Positions 11,811 through 28,865 of a stretch of DNA of 37,083 bases are shown one piece after another. The notes under the pieces were generated by a model that was not told the origin of the DNA, searched no databases, and saw only the letters and a list, made by a program, of their open reading frames with translations. Positions within the stretch are counted from its first letter, which is position 1. Each line of letters opens with the position of its first letter. The stretch is from Diploschistes diacapsis (taxonomy: Eukaryota), in contig JALAIB010000065.1 in the NCBI GenBank assembly GCA_023645945.1, forward strand, positions 1-37,083, read 5' to 3'. The position numbers were made by a program, and so were the translations under genes.

Positions 11811-14584
11811 ATGCTCGACGATGCCTCCTTTTATACCTTTGTTCCTAGTGTGCAGACACTGGAAGCCAGCCTCCATCTGCCCAAGTATCGGCGGAAGACG
11901 TCGATTCTCGAGCAGCCGTCCGTAAGCAAGCTCCTCAGAGCATTTTGCCTTGCCAATGGTGTCTGATGAAACGCCGCAGGAGAGCATTAGAGCTAATACG
12001 AGCCTAACAGGTGCTCGGAATGGAGTCTCAAAAGTCGCTGAAGAGGGAGGCCCACCGAAAGCTACTCGAATCCGAAGGGCGCAATCTTACACGGATTTCC
12101 ATCATGCCGTCCATGCTACGTTTGAGGACAAGAAGCAAGACAGCTTCATCCGGGACTCTGAAGGCATACAAAATGGTCTAGAGTTTGCGGACTGGTACAA
12201 CAGCTTGGAAGATAACCTTCTTGAGGCAAGCCATGATCGGTTCAAGTGAGAATAATCCTGGTCGGGTTAGGCCAGATCTATCGCTGACAAGGCTTCCAGG
12301 AGCTATCTGGAAGAGCTAAAGAGTATCGAGTGCTGCCTCGATAACATATCCAAGGAAACTTTAACCACTCACGACCTGCTCTCCTCGTTATCCACTTCCT
12401 TCCACGCCGTCGAAGCGCAAACAACAGCCTTCCAGAAGGAATGCGAGGATCTCATGGTAGAGCAGAAACGATTAGCGAGCCTGGCGAACAATGTTGGAGA
12501 AAATTTGCAATACTATAGCTTTTTGGAGCCAATTACCCGGAAGCTGAATGCGCCTGGCGCGGGAAATTTCGTGAGGGGCAAGGAGTTCTCTGATATGCTT
12601 GCACGTCTAGACGAGTGCTTGGATTATATGAATAGCCATGTAAGCTCCTTCTTATCTTCATAAAGTTTTTCTTGCTGAACAACCACAGCAATCTCAACAA
12701 GACGCTCCTGCCTACAGATCTCGGTACCGTCTGCTTCTTACCCGAGGGTTGACCCTAATACGTGTTCATTTCGTCACTGCTCTCAAGGATATTGCTATTG
12801 ATGTAACGAAGCGCATCGCTGACAAGCAACTCAACGATACCACAATGTCAACCTTACTGTACGCTAAGTTCCGGTCAGGGGCTTCTGAGTTGAAGGAAGT
12901 CGCGCGGGAGATCCGCCAGAGGACGGTAGTCCCAGAAAACGCCGAGCCCGGCGCAGAAGCTGAATACCAGAGTCTGATGAACGAGCTCTATGCCGGGTAT
13001 TCCAGCACAAGAGGCAGACTCATTCTCCCGCTCATAAGCAAACGGATAGGGGAGATTGCGATGGCGCCCAGTAGTTCCAAAGACTTGGTCACATTTGCAA
13101 GAACGAGCATTGGTTATGTTAGGGGCATGTGCGCAGATGAATTTGAACTGTGGCGCGAGTGGTTTGAAGGCCAAGATGGACTCTATGACTTCCTGGAGCT
13201 CGTTTGTGAGCCTCTTTACGATCATCTCCGGCCTCGTATCATTCGCGAAGTTCAGATAATGAAGCTATGTGAGCTCTGCACCTTGTTGCAGACGAGATAT
13301 GTAAAGGACCAGGACGAAGAACCAGAGATTATCGATCCAAATCGGCTCGATTTTGCGAGCTTGATCGTGCCAGCGCTCGAGGACTCGCAGACACGACTGG
13401 TATTCAGAGCACAAGCCATACTACGTGATGAGATCGAGAACTTCAAGCCCAAGCCCGAGGACCTGGACTACCCAGCGAAGAACAAATATGCAGCTAAACC
13501 CGGCAGAGCTACGAATGGGCCGGTGACTTCTGGTAGAAAGAATTCTGCATCTGAAAATTTTCCTAAGGATCCAGTCATTGTGGAGGAAGAAGAGGGTGGC
13601 TATGGCTATGATTTTGCAGCGTCTTCCCAGGCTTGGTACCCGACCCTACGCAAAGCCATTTGGTTGCTCAGCCGCATCTATCGATTAGTGAACGTAAGTC
13701 TTGGATGGGGGGACAGTATTCGAGACTCTAACGACCGTATCTAGTCCACAGTCTTTGACGACCTTGCTCACAACATTGTTCATCAAACAACCCTATCATT
13801 ACAGAGAGCCTCCACAGCTTTGGTTGCCTCGACAAGCCAAACCGACGGCCAACTCTTTCTGCTGAAGCATCTGCTGCTTCTCAAGCAGCAAATTGTTGCC
13901 TTTGACATCGAGTATGTCTCTCCGGATGTGACCTTCGACTTCTCCGGCATGACCTCCACATTTTACGAGCTCCGCGATCGAGGCGGACTTTTCGATCCCC
14001 GCGCCCTATGGCGTTTGATCTCCAACCCGACCGCCACCCTCCTTCCGCGGGTCGTAGAAAACATGCTCGACGCCAAAGCCGAGCTGGATGGTCAGCTGCG
14101 TACGGTAATCAACGACTTCTGCGCTGCTTCTTCCGGCCGCATCACGGGCGCGCTCTCTCCCTCGTCCACCGAAAGTAAATCCTTCAACCCAGCCTCAGTC
14201 GTCCCTACCATACAAGCGGCAGCAAAGACCGAGGTTCCCACGCTGCGGAAGAAACTTGACGAATACATCGACGACTCACGCACGCGTGAGACACTGGTGG
14301 GCGCGGTACAGGATCAAGTTGTCCTGACGTACGAGACTTGGTACGAAAATTGGACGGCGGAGAAGAGGAGAGCGGCTGGGATGAAGGGCGGAGGAGCGCC
14401 AAGCCGGAAGGGCAAGGGCAGAGAAGACGAGGTCTGGGACGCGGGCGTGTTTACAGAATGGGCGCTTGGTCTGTTTCGGGTCGGCAGGGGCTTCGGGGGT
14501 GCAGGCACTGATGGAGATGGGCGGTTTCTGACGGAAGGGAGCTCGATGGGGAGGGGGAGCGAGGGCAGCGTGTCGAGCGTCTGA
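11811..14584 (+). CDS. COG3: Conserved oligomeric Golgi complex subunit 3 (Sec34)
   Basis: Introns 11922-11979, 12246-12299, 12640-12688 and 13694-13744 give a continuous frame. Motifs LQYYSFLEPITRKLNAPG, YRSRYRLLLTRGLTLIR, LYDHLRPRIIRE, QTRLVFRAQ, WYPTLRKAIWLLSRIYRLVNSTVFDDLAH and DGQLFLLKHLLLLKQQIVAFDI. Confidence 0.95.
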
Positions 14585-15295
14585 AAAGTTCATGGGACGG
14601 TTTCGTCGGGATATGAAAAGGTCAAAAGATGTCCTTGTTGAGTGAATTCGTCAACATTGGTACTTCTTATTTGGATTTCAGCACAGGCAATGCTGTGGGT
14701 CGAATTCATTTTCCTTTTTGCAGCCATTACTACAGCCATACAGCTACAAACTCGTAGTTGCATATATTCCTTCTGCATATACCAAGATCAAATGCCTAGG
14801 TTGACAAGCCACCACGCAATTAGAAAGCACGTGTTGGCCTTTCTATTAGTGACAAAGGCAGAGAGATACTATATATATAGCTGTCGGCAGCGCAGTCGAA
14901 GGGTGAAGATAAGATAACCGCTGGCGGACCTTTTCTTCTCGAAGATCGTGGGGTTTCAACATCCCACTGCTAAAACACGGAATGGCACAAACAAAAGCAA
15001 AATCTTGGTGGAAGAGGGTGAATGAAACAAACATTGCTGGCTAGTTCTGCAGAAAAGTTCTATTTATATGTAGAGCCATGCCAAGCGACATCGTTATAGA
15101 CGCTGATGCTATGGGGCAGCAATTAATCATCCTTTTTTTTCCATTCTTGTATTTTCACGTTCTATAGGGTATTGTCTGTAGAAACTTTACTTGTTGTCTC
15201 TTCTATTTATTTATTCATTCATTGAATCACTATCTATAGTTTACGATGCTCCGAGGTCTATCATATAAACATACTAGATAACAGAGCTGTGGATT

Positions 15296-16482
15296 CTAAT
15301 GCGGGATGAATCCAGCTTCTTTCATCCTGTCGAAGGCGGTTAGATATCCTTGGACAGCTGTACTGCTTTGCTCAAAGCCGATGCTCCTTGCCTTGGTAAG
15401 ATCATACTGCCTATCGAAGGCAGCAAAGACTGTTGCCAATTGAAGAACATCCCATGTTGAGGACTCCGTCAACCCCTCTTTCAAGCCGTATTTATCCACA
15501 AAAGGGCTCCAACGTTCACGATTGGCCATCATTCACTCTACGCCCTTCTGTTTTCCATCATCTCTAGGTCCAACTCCTTTCAGATTAAAATACTCACAAG
15601 CCGCTGGCCAGAGAGTTTCCCAGCTTACAGTTTCCTCGTCAGAGATATTGAAGCGTTGGCCAGATACCTTGTCGGGATGGAGGGAAGCGAAGATATGGAA
15701 GCGAGCTACGATGCCTTGCGAGCTATCACTGTCTAAAGCTTTCCATGCCGGCTCAGACCCCGGAAAGACAGCCTCAGAACCTTTACCCTCAACTTCGGCA
15801 TAAAGCGCGAGCATTACCCATGGCGTTATCATGCGGCGTATGACCGGACATGATGTCTGGCATGACTTCGCAAAATGTCCAACGCTTGCCTTGGCTCTGA
15901 CGAGCAAGTTCTTGGTGCTGAGCATTATAGAAGATCTTGGATGCGAATGGCTCAGGCACTGGCAAGCTGCTTTCCTTCAGTGGTACCTTCCATGGCATTC
16001 CGTCTTGGCCCAAGAACTCCCAGCCGTAGGCTTTGCCTCCACTCTGAAGTGACCAAAACTCGAGATTGGGACAGAGCTGAGTAATGGCACCGATTGCATT
16101 CGTCAAAAAACCAAGATTAATGTTCGTCACTTGGTCGAAGTCGCCTCCATGACCAGCATAGGCTGTCAACGGGTTATTCGGCGTTTTTCAGCATTATGTA
16201 TAAGAAACTTACCTGCATAGAAAACGTGCGTTGTTTGAGTCAATTTGGAATTGCTTGAAGCTGATCGGTCAAGCTGTTGACATTTGAGCTTAGATCAATA
16301 CCGCTTTGGATATCAACTCGATCAGCCCCTTCTTTCAGCAGCAAGTCCTTCCTGCTTGTTGGTCTGTTGCAAACACCGATCACATGAGAAAACGTGGTGC
16401 TATCAGGGTAAATGAGGCACTCGCGGACGATGGCCCAGCCCGTAATGCCTGAAGCACCGAAAACAAGAGCTTGTCTATGCAT
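15296..16482 (-). pseudogene. SirQ-like / PRISE-family NAD(P)-dependent short-chain reductase, disrupted
   Basis: ALVFGASGITGWAI (Rossmann fold), THVFYA|AY, LQSGGKAYG, PLKES, IFYNAQ and QRFNISD. One intron at ~16212-16163. Lesions: a 1-nt deletion at ~16243, a frameshifting deletion at ~15815 and an in-frame TGA at 15533-15535 (GVE*MMAN). Confidence 0.82.
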
Positions 16483-17199
16483 CCTGGCTTGCCCTGTAAT
16501 GATGTACCCAGTTTCTTTACTTGAGAAAGTAAGGTAAGAACGAGAATTATGGCCAAACCGCGAGCTTAAGGCATAAGAGGTGAATAGCGCAACATCCGAT
16601 TTTCTTGCCTTAGAGGTTGAGGTCTTGCGTCTGGTACTTTCCTATCCATCTGCCCATCGTTTCACAAAGATTCATGTTGCATTTTCTCGAGGTGGCACCA
16701 GCGGCGCTAGTCTGGCGTTGATCAACATGCTTTGAATTCAGGCTCAGCTCCTGCACCATCAGCTCCTGCACTCCACACTCAAATGGTTCTTACATTCTCA
16801 GGATGCTATTTTTGCTACCTCCTTCTTCTTTTGTCTGGAGATCAGCTTTCTCTGTTCAAATTGCACCTTGAGCTCTTCTACTCGATGCCTTATACGAAGA
16901 TTGTTTTCGATTCGATTTGTGGAGGCATATCATAAATCAGTATCAGGATCTAGTCGAGTGTATATGCCAATGCATGACTTCATCGACCTCGATCTCGCCA
17001 CACCTATCAGGATTAGTCCGGCGAGGATGTTGACCAAATGCATCAGACCAGACCAAGTTCATTCATATATTCTTTGGTTTCTTATAAAAAGATGTCCTTG
17101 AGGCTATGATAGAATGCAGAAACACGGTTGGCTCTCTTTTCTGTCGCTTTGATCAATCTTAAATATCATTTATTAGCCTATACTAAACTTAGGGCTGCA

Positions 17200-18198
17200 A
17201 TGTACTCCACAATATCGAGACCTCCCAGCTTCAAGCAGTACCTGATTTTATCATCAGGACGTCTCTGGACTTCCTTCAAACTGCTGCCATGGTGCTTATA
17301 AACCGCATGGCTCATTACCAAACACGATCCTATAACGATAGTCTATATGGAGACATGTTTTGGCGCCTCCGGAGCCTTATCTGGCCACCTCTTGACTACC
17401 AATCCGAATCCAAGCCAGCGGGATATGCTCTCTCGCTTTCCGAATGTCCTTGTCTGGAACTGGCTCAACCTCTTCCTCTTCAACGTCGCGAACCAGCGGC
17501 TGCCAGATTCGATTCGCGAGGATTCTATCAACCGGCCATGGCGAGCTCTCCCTTCTGGACGATTGACGCAGTTGCAAGCAAGGCGCCTTCTTTTGGCTAC
17601 CGTTCCGGTGGTCTTTTTTGAAAGCTACTACCTAGGAGCCGCTCGGGAGGCTGTAATCCTCATGGTTTTGACTTGGACGTACAATGACCTTGGAGGAGGC
17701 GACGAGTTCTTCGCAATTCGCAGTCTTACCAATGCTCTTGGATACGTATTATACAGCGTGGGGAGCATTCGAGCCTCCTGTGGATATCCTTCTTTTGACC
17801 TACACGAGGGAACTTACCGCTGGCTTCTGATAGCTTGTGCCACACAGTCTTTTCAACCGTCCACATCCAGGATCTAAGCGACCAGAAAGGCGACGCTTTA
17901 CGCCAAAGAGGTACAATGCCACTTTTTGGGGGGGGGATAAGGCCACTCGGTGGATCGTTGCACTGGGCTGTTTGCTCGTGGTCCTGGGTATGCTGCCGTT
18001 TTTGGGAGGTTGGAATGAGCACTTGTTTGCTTATTCTAGCGTTTGCACTTGCTCGTAGCGGTGCGTATACTAGCCCTTCGCAACCGTAGCGCAGATCTGT
18101 TTTCTTTCTGGTGCTGGTGCCTTTGGCTGTCTCTTATTTACTTGGTTCCTTTTCTTCAAGAGGTCGGAATCAAAAGCCTATCTAGGTTAAGATGCTAG
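17200..18198 (+). pseudogene. UbiA-superfamily membrane terpene cyclase/prenyltransferase (Fma-TC beta-trans-bergamotene synthase-like), disrupted
   Basis: Motifs WLNLFLFNVANQ..EDSINRPWRALPSGR, TWTYNDLGG, HIQDLSDQKGD..RGTMPL and C-terminal DLFSFWCWCLWLSLIYLVP. In-frame TAA at 17299-17301. Frameshifts at ~17837, in the G9 run at 17928-17936, at ~17967 and at ~18055. Confidence 0.82.
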
Positions 18199-18479
18199 AT
18201 AAATCAGTGGATTTTCTCATGACGTTGCATCATAGCTAACGAGCAGCGAAACCATGTCTTCTGTCTTATTCTTACGTCATCAAAGAAGGCTGGCTCTACG
18301 TTGTTAAGCGCCGTTCACTCTTTATAGGCCATGGAAGCAGATAGTGCCACAACAAATTTTGTATGTCTACATGCCGCTGCCTTGTTATCTAATCCAATGA
18401 AAAAACCTCCGTTCCTAATTTTGTTTGCGAAGGAAGCCATTATGCGGTGCTGCATAGGCTGTTTTACATATTGAGCTAT

Positions 18480-19240
18480 TTAGACGATTGTACGAGAAAC
18501 AACCTCGAGCACATCGTGCAATCTGCATTGCCCCGCCCCCCCACTCCCCTCCCTCTCGTGGCAAAGCAGCTGAAGCCAAAGTTTGAAAGCAGATGATGAT
18601 GCAACGCAGAGGCCCATTTTTCTTGGGGATGGGGCAAGTCACCGAGGTCGATCAGCGGGCGCGGTATAGGATCTCTCTCTCTCTCGGCGGGGCGGAATCC
18701 GCTTGTCGCAGCACAACCGTCAACGACGCGCAAAAGGGGATGCACAAAGGGGCATTCATTACGTGGGAACGAGATTGCGGGACCACGATGGGAGGAGCAT
18801 CAGGAAGTGACTTAACTGACCCCCGGGGCTCAAAGCGCCTCGAGAAGCTGACATCTGCTTCTGATGTCTCGGGAAGGATAATGGACCCGCAAGGGAGAGA
18901 GGAAAAAACAGGGCGCTTCTTTTTCGATCCGCTCCTGTTTTCGAACACCCCCCACGCACACCCCTCGAGAGGCCCTCGGGATTGGGAGGATTTTGGACCT
19001 CGAAACCCCATTTTCCGCATTGCTTCATATGAATACGGGGAAGCACTAGCTGGCTGGATGGATGGATGGCTGAGTTTGGCCAGAAGAAGCCGGCCGCCTC
19101 ACTACTCCTGCACCAAATAGTGTTAATCCCGGGATCTCGGTAGCGTTTAGATCGAAACTACTCGGCATTGCATCCGGTGTTACACCTCACCTCAGGGCTG
19201 GACGATTATCAAAGTTGATTGCATGTGGTTACTTTATACA
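18480..19240 (-). other. Non-coding hairpin-rich island; candidate structured ncRNA (unidentified)
   Basis: Five local stems and one long-range stem found by eye. Their G-U pairs are valid on the minus strand. TATAAA on the minus strand at 19238-19233. No credible protein motif in any frame. Confidence 0.35.
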
Positions 19241-19900
19241 ACCTCCAGCCTTGTCACCTCGTTTTCGGGGGGATCAAGACCAAAAAAAGGAAAAGAGGTG
19301 AAGCGCGCGCTAACGGGCACGGACATTATCAATGGTTGTATAAGGCAATAATAGGTCATGCATAAGTAACTTGCGATCGATTGCTGTCATGCGGCATATT
19401 TGAAAGCAGATTTTCCAGACTTCAAGATCGGAGCTTTCCCATTCGCGGTAATTGGAGCCATGCGGCGTATATGTAGCGGAGCTGATCAGTTTTGCTATGG
19501 ATATCGTACAGGTGCCCACCATCAAAGATGAGGGTATGTTTACCTTACCCGTATCTCCCATAAGCCTACCTACTATGGCGAGCCTAGGCATCCTTGCAGC
19601 GGTTCCTTGTATTGCTGATGCGTGTCCTGTGATCGTCTTCGCTGCTGAATACTGGCCCGACTGAAAAGAGCTTATCATCCAATAAAATGATTATATGATG
19701 GTGGACTAGGAATGGCTTCGATCCAAGTGGCAAAGATGCTTGCACCTTGCTCAGCTTATAATTTGCGGAGCACGATTTGGGACACCTCTCCCAATATTCA
19801 TCCTTCCAAGTCTTGTATCGCACATATTCCTTTTAATCGTAGCATCTTTCGCCCAAAGCTGAACCGTAATAGTCCGCCAGTGCGCGAAAATCCAGATTTC

Positions 19901-21754
19901 CTATGGCTGAATTCTGTTGCGAACCTCGATGTATGGGCCCTCGTATTTTCCGACAAATTTGTCTAACCCATGATATTCAGCCTCGTCTCGCGTCCTCCCT
20001 TTTTTCTTTTCGCGGAACTTGTTTGCTGGCCTAGAAATGGGTTAACTCGTAGAAGCTTGCAAAGATATCAAACCCTGCAGCAATATTACTTACTTGTGCG
20101 GTCGGGTGGGCCCTTCAGTCAGACGTAATTCAAATAGCCAAAGCATCCGTGCTACAGTGACGCTGATTTCCGTGATCGCCATATGCCTACCTGCACAATT
20201 CCAAGGCCCTGCACCGAAAGGGATAAATGCACTACGAGATCTCTGGATGCTTTCTGCCGTATTGCTATCACTCTCGATCCAACGTCCTGGCTCGTAGGAG
20301 AAAGCACCTGGGAAATATGTCTCCTGATGATGAAGAGCATAACAAGGGACTCCGAGGATAGTACCTGCAGGAAAGTACTCGCCTTGTACACTGACTCCTC
20401 CTGGTAAAACCTGACGAGGAAGCAAACCAGGCACTCCAGGGGCAAGGCGCATAGCTTCGTCGATACAAGCTCTAAGATAGTGGCATTCGTATAGCCGCTG
20501 TCCGGAGCGGATCTGCTCGACATCTTGGGAATGTGTAAAGTATCTCCTCAGTCAATTTCGCCAGGTCCCTTTTGTTATGTAAAAGGTGGAAGATTGTGGA
20601 TGCTATGCCGGTGGCAGTAGTATCCGAGCCTACTAGTTTGTTAATGGAACACAGGACATGCTAGCAAGCTTACCAGCTATAATCAATAGACTCGCTTCAC
20701 TCACAAGCTCGGAGTGACTGAAACTTGATGTAATTGCAGGATCATTAGCGTCTAAGATGAAAGAAAAGACATCTCTGGTTCCTGCATGCGGACCAAGTGC
20801 AATTCGCTCGTTTGTTCTTTCTATACTTATAGCCTTGTAGGCATCCAAAGCCTTCAAGATTCTGCTGGAAAATATAGACTCCAATCTAAGGTGAAGGAGT
20901 TCTGGCATGTGACCAACCTGATTCTATTAGAATGTTTTTAACTATGATGAAGGAGTCTTACAATGTTGAGACCTTGAATGCCATCTGGAAGGACTTTCAG
21001 GAACCAGCGGTACTTTGAAGAATGAACTGTCTGAAAACTTCGCCCGAAGCATACAGCTCCCATGCGATCAAAGGTCAATCAGCTAGCTAGGGTAGCAAAG
21101 TTCCCTATGTACCTCCAAGTCCATTGCGTGTCGAGTTCAGGTTTGATATTATTCAATTGTGAAGTTTGGCCGCCAGTACGGAGGAGGTTGCAGAACGCTC
21201 GCACGTTGACCAAAATATGTTCCTCCATTGACTCGATAACAGATGCAGACAAGGCTTTATCGAGAATGCGCCTTTTACGTCCGTGTGCAGTTTTGTCGAT
21301 GGCAGTCAGGACACTATCAGACCCGAAAAAGTGTGAGAAGGCTGAATAATATGCCGATTTGGTCGTATTCGCCTTTCCAGAGTATATCTCTTTTATGGCT
21401 TGATTGCTTAAAACTGATATCCTGTTTGGACCATATCGAACGAACATCCCTAAACCGCTATCGTAAATCCACATGTCCAATCTAAATTTCCGAGGCGCAC
21501 TTACCATGCTGACAATGTAAGTCGTAGAGTTTAGTATGCTTATCACACATCGTAGCATGATAGATAGAATATAAATCTGTGATTTTTCCAAGCCATGGTC
21601 CTGGGGAGCGGGCCAGGGATGAAGGTAAAGGCGATGGATGGATATCCATAGAATCTGATTCTTAGCCAGAGAGAACTTATAGCCATAGATGATCCCTTAC
21701 ATATCCTACACTTCCAAGGAATCATACTAGACCGATAGCTATTGGGCTCTCCAT
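19901..21754 (-). pseudogene. Cytochrome P450 monooxygenase (secondary-metabolism type), disrupted
   Basis: IHRLYLHP/LARSPGPWLGK, FVRYGPNRISV, HGRKRRIL, LTFDRMG, LIIAG|SDTTA (I-helix), DEAMRL (ExxR), YEPGRW, FIPFGAGPWNCAG (heme Cys), and a last exon EYHGLDKFVGKYEGPYIEV after intron ~20093-20031. Lesions: a missing C at ~21617, TGA at 21079-21081 and an extra C at ~20529. The start codon is uncertain. Confidence 0.85.
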
Positions 21755-22236
21755 TTCACGATCGAAGATTGATAGCTGATTGCAGTAGATTATTTCCCTA
21801 GAATTCATAGGTTGTGCAGCAATCCTGGGTGGAAAGATGATAGAAAAATGAAAGAAGCATATAAAAGCGATCGGGGAAAGGATTTTGCAAGATACGCTTG
21901 TCTTCTCCTCCTGATATATACCACGAGGCTGCACCCTTTCCCGCACATAGATGTTTCCTTAAGAGAATCATGATGAGCTGGACTTGTATTGAATCAGTAG
22001 CTGAGTCTAGTATCTTTGCTGTAGCTGTGCCTTATTGAAGCGTTACGTCCGATCATTCTAGACTTGGGTAGCAAACTACCATAGGAAAGGTCAATACCTA
22101 TAAATTGCTACTTACCCCCAAAGTCTCCGAAGCCTCTCACAAGCTCAAAGGACTTGAGATCGACTTCCAGATTCATTTGAACGGGAAAACATTCAATCCG
22201 GTTACTCTCCATCCATAAATACAAGTTGTGCTGACC

Positions 22237-23511
22237 ATGTCTATCTCTCCGCAGGCGATTGCCGAACAAAAAGTGCACATGAATGATGACCGTAGAAAGG
22301 ATGTGGTTATTGCGGCTGTTGTGTGCTTGGCTGTTGCAATGATAGCCGTTGTCTTAAGATTTCTATCTCGACGTTTAGCTAAAGCCAGGATACTTTGGGA
22401 CGACTATATGATCATTGTCGGTTTGGTAAGCATTATGGATTATATTCTGGCTCATCATGGTTCCTGAGTATTAACATATCATAGTTCTTCGGCACAGCGT
22501 CGGTCGTGGATGACGCGATCGGTATGTTGGAAGTGTACTTTGGCTTCATCTTCAAGCATATCCAGTTCACCAGGCATTCGTTTTGGAGTTGAGAGACATC
22601 TAATATTGAGCACTGATCCGCTCAACTTTGCCAAGGTATGTGATTCCCCCTACCGAGTCAGTGCACTCAGGTTCAAGATTTTCCAGAATTCTATTGCATC
22701 CGAAGCATTTGTATAATCCTGCAATTATGACCATCAAGCTCTCAGTACTTCCTCTATACCGTCGCATTTTCCCAAGCCGCAGATTCCATAAATATCTCTA
22801 TGCAGTGGCAGCCTTCGTTTGGTGCTATACCACTGCAGCGGTCTTCGCATGCATTTTTCAATGCAACCCTCCTCAGTCTCTTTGGAATCCAGCCGTATAA
22901 GGGGCATGTATCAACGCATCCGCGGCTCTCTCGACATTCGGGGCTTTGAATGTCGTAACTGATGTTATTATCCTGGGATTGCCAATACCGCTCCTATGGA
23001 ATCTGCAAACTTCGCTTGTGGCGAAACTTCAGCTTACTGGAATGTTCCTCACAGGTGGCCTGTAAGTTGTCCTTTCCCTGGTGTGTATGGTGGTGACCTC
23101 AAATCCTCTAGTGTTACAATTATCAGCATTACCAGAGTTACCTACCTCGCCAAGGTTGATATGACAGACGCAACCTGTCTGTATAATAACCCATATTAAG
23201 CCGCAACAACTGACCAAAGAAAAGGGACCGAAACAGATGCTGTTATATGGACAATCGCCGAAGTTTGTTGCGCTCTCGTTAGTGCTTGCTTACCCACCTT
23301 GCGGCCATTATTCAGCAAAAGGGTTCGGGCTCCGTCAAAACGCAACTATGCCAGGACCACGGATGCCTCAAAAGGAAGAGATAGGATAGATTTAATAAGG
23401 GACAATGCGCCTTTAACGAACATTGAAGCGGGTTGGAAGGTTGAAACCACTTGGAGCGAAGCCTCAAATGGCCGAGTGCAGAGATACCAAACTGATGATT
23501 GCAATTACTGA
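22237..23511 (+). pseudogene. PTH11-like (fungal rhodopsin-domain) integral membrane protein, disrupted
   Basis: AVVLRFLSRR..LWDDYMII, GIRFGVERH, IKLSVLPLYRRIF, IFQCNP, NVVTDVIILGLPIPLLWNLQ and WTIAEVCCALVSACLPTLRPLF, across several GT-AG introns. An extra T at ~22709 shifts the frame, and there is an in-frame TAA at 22898-22900. Confidence 0.82.
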
Positions 23512-23845
23512 AGTTGCTGTAGCTTTATCAGTCGATTGCAAAAGGAGTGGCAAAGTAATAGGTAGATGGAAGGTTGATAAAATAAACTTGATACTACTAG
23601 ACTAGTACTAGCTCTTCAAACAAGCTACTATCCCACTACATGCATAAAAAAGTACCCGCGATCCCCCCCACCTGAATTTTTATCTTGTTACTCCACCGTA
23701 CAAGCTCTGACTAATTAGATACCTAGTTTTTGCCGCTTCGGAGAGATTCTTACCACTGTTCAAATACAGACTCGATCTTTACTATGGAAGACTTTGAGTC
23801 GGTCGAATTGCCGAGATACCTCGATCACCGATAGCAACCGCCAAC

Positions 23846-28531
<4,686 letters not shown>

Positions 28532-28865
28532 TGTGTATGGCCGATGGGATAGATAATCAGGTGGGAAGAATGCTTGGATTTAGATTTGTTCGTTATGGTC
28601 GATCATGCATTCTGGAAGTCGGTTGCGACTTGCATAGCGAGGCTTTGGGGGCGAGAGAGGGGGCGTTTCATGCCGTTGAACGTGTCAGTTTCCAAGCTCG
28701 GTTCTTGCAAGTGATCAATATGCACGGTTGACAGCTTTAAGCCGGTGTCTACTCATCCCAAGCAATTCACTGTCTTAGTTAGCCAGACTCATTCTATGAT
28801 ATTCTTGTAATGGTCAATCTGCCTTGCTATCCATGCCATCCCATCACCATTTTGCTCCCAGTCAT

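Noticed and set aside
18876..18900. GGATAATG..CGCAAGGGA resembles the 3' half of a TPP riboswitch
   Set aside because: The CTGAGA and ACCTGAT/ACTTGAT core elements are absent, and no thiamine gene is adjacent.
18415..19120. ORFs of 75-175 aa in the GC-rich island
   Set aside because: They overlap in several frames, cross microsatellites and show no recognisable motif, so the region is better explained as non-coding.
18480..19370. Telomerase RNA hypothesis (structured region; ATAAGT at 19362 resembles the Pezizomycotina TER 5' splice site)
   Set aside because: No CTAACCCT-type template on either strand nearby, no convincing P6.1 hairpin, and the ATAAGT is on the strand opposite to the one favoured by G-U pairing.
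15533..21081. In-frame TGA at likely Trp positions in the SirQ-like gene (15533-15535) and the P450 (21079-21081), suggesting UGA=Trp recoding or A-to-I stop-codon restoration
   Set aside because: Both genes also have frameshifts that editing cannot repair, and intact genes here (COG3, RPC1, NLR-like) use TGA as a normal stop.
14585..23845. Mobile-element (Starship or transposon) origin for the relic cluster
   Set aside because: No transposase, tyrosine recombinase, terminal repeats or target-site duplication was recognised at either boundary.
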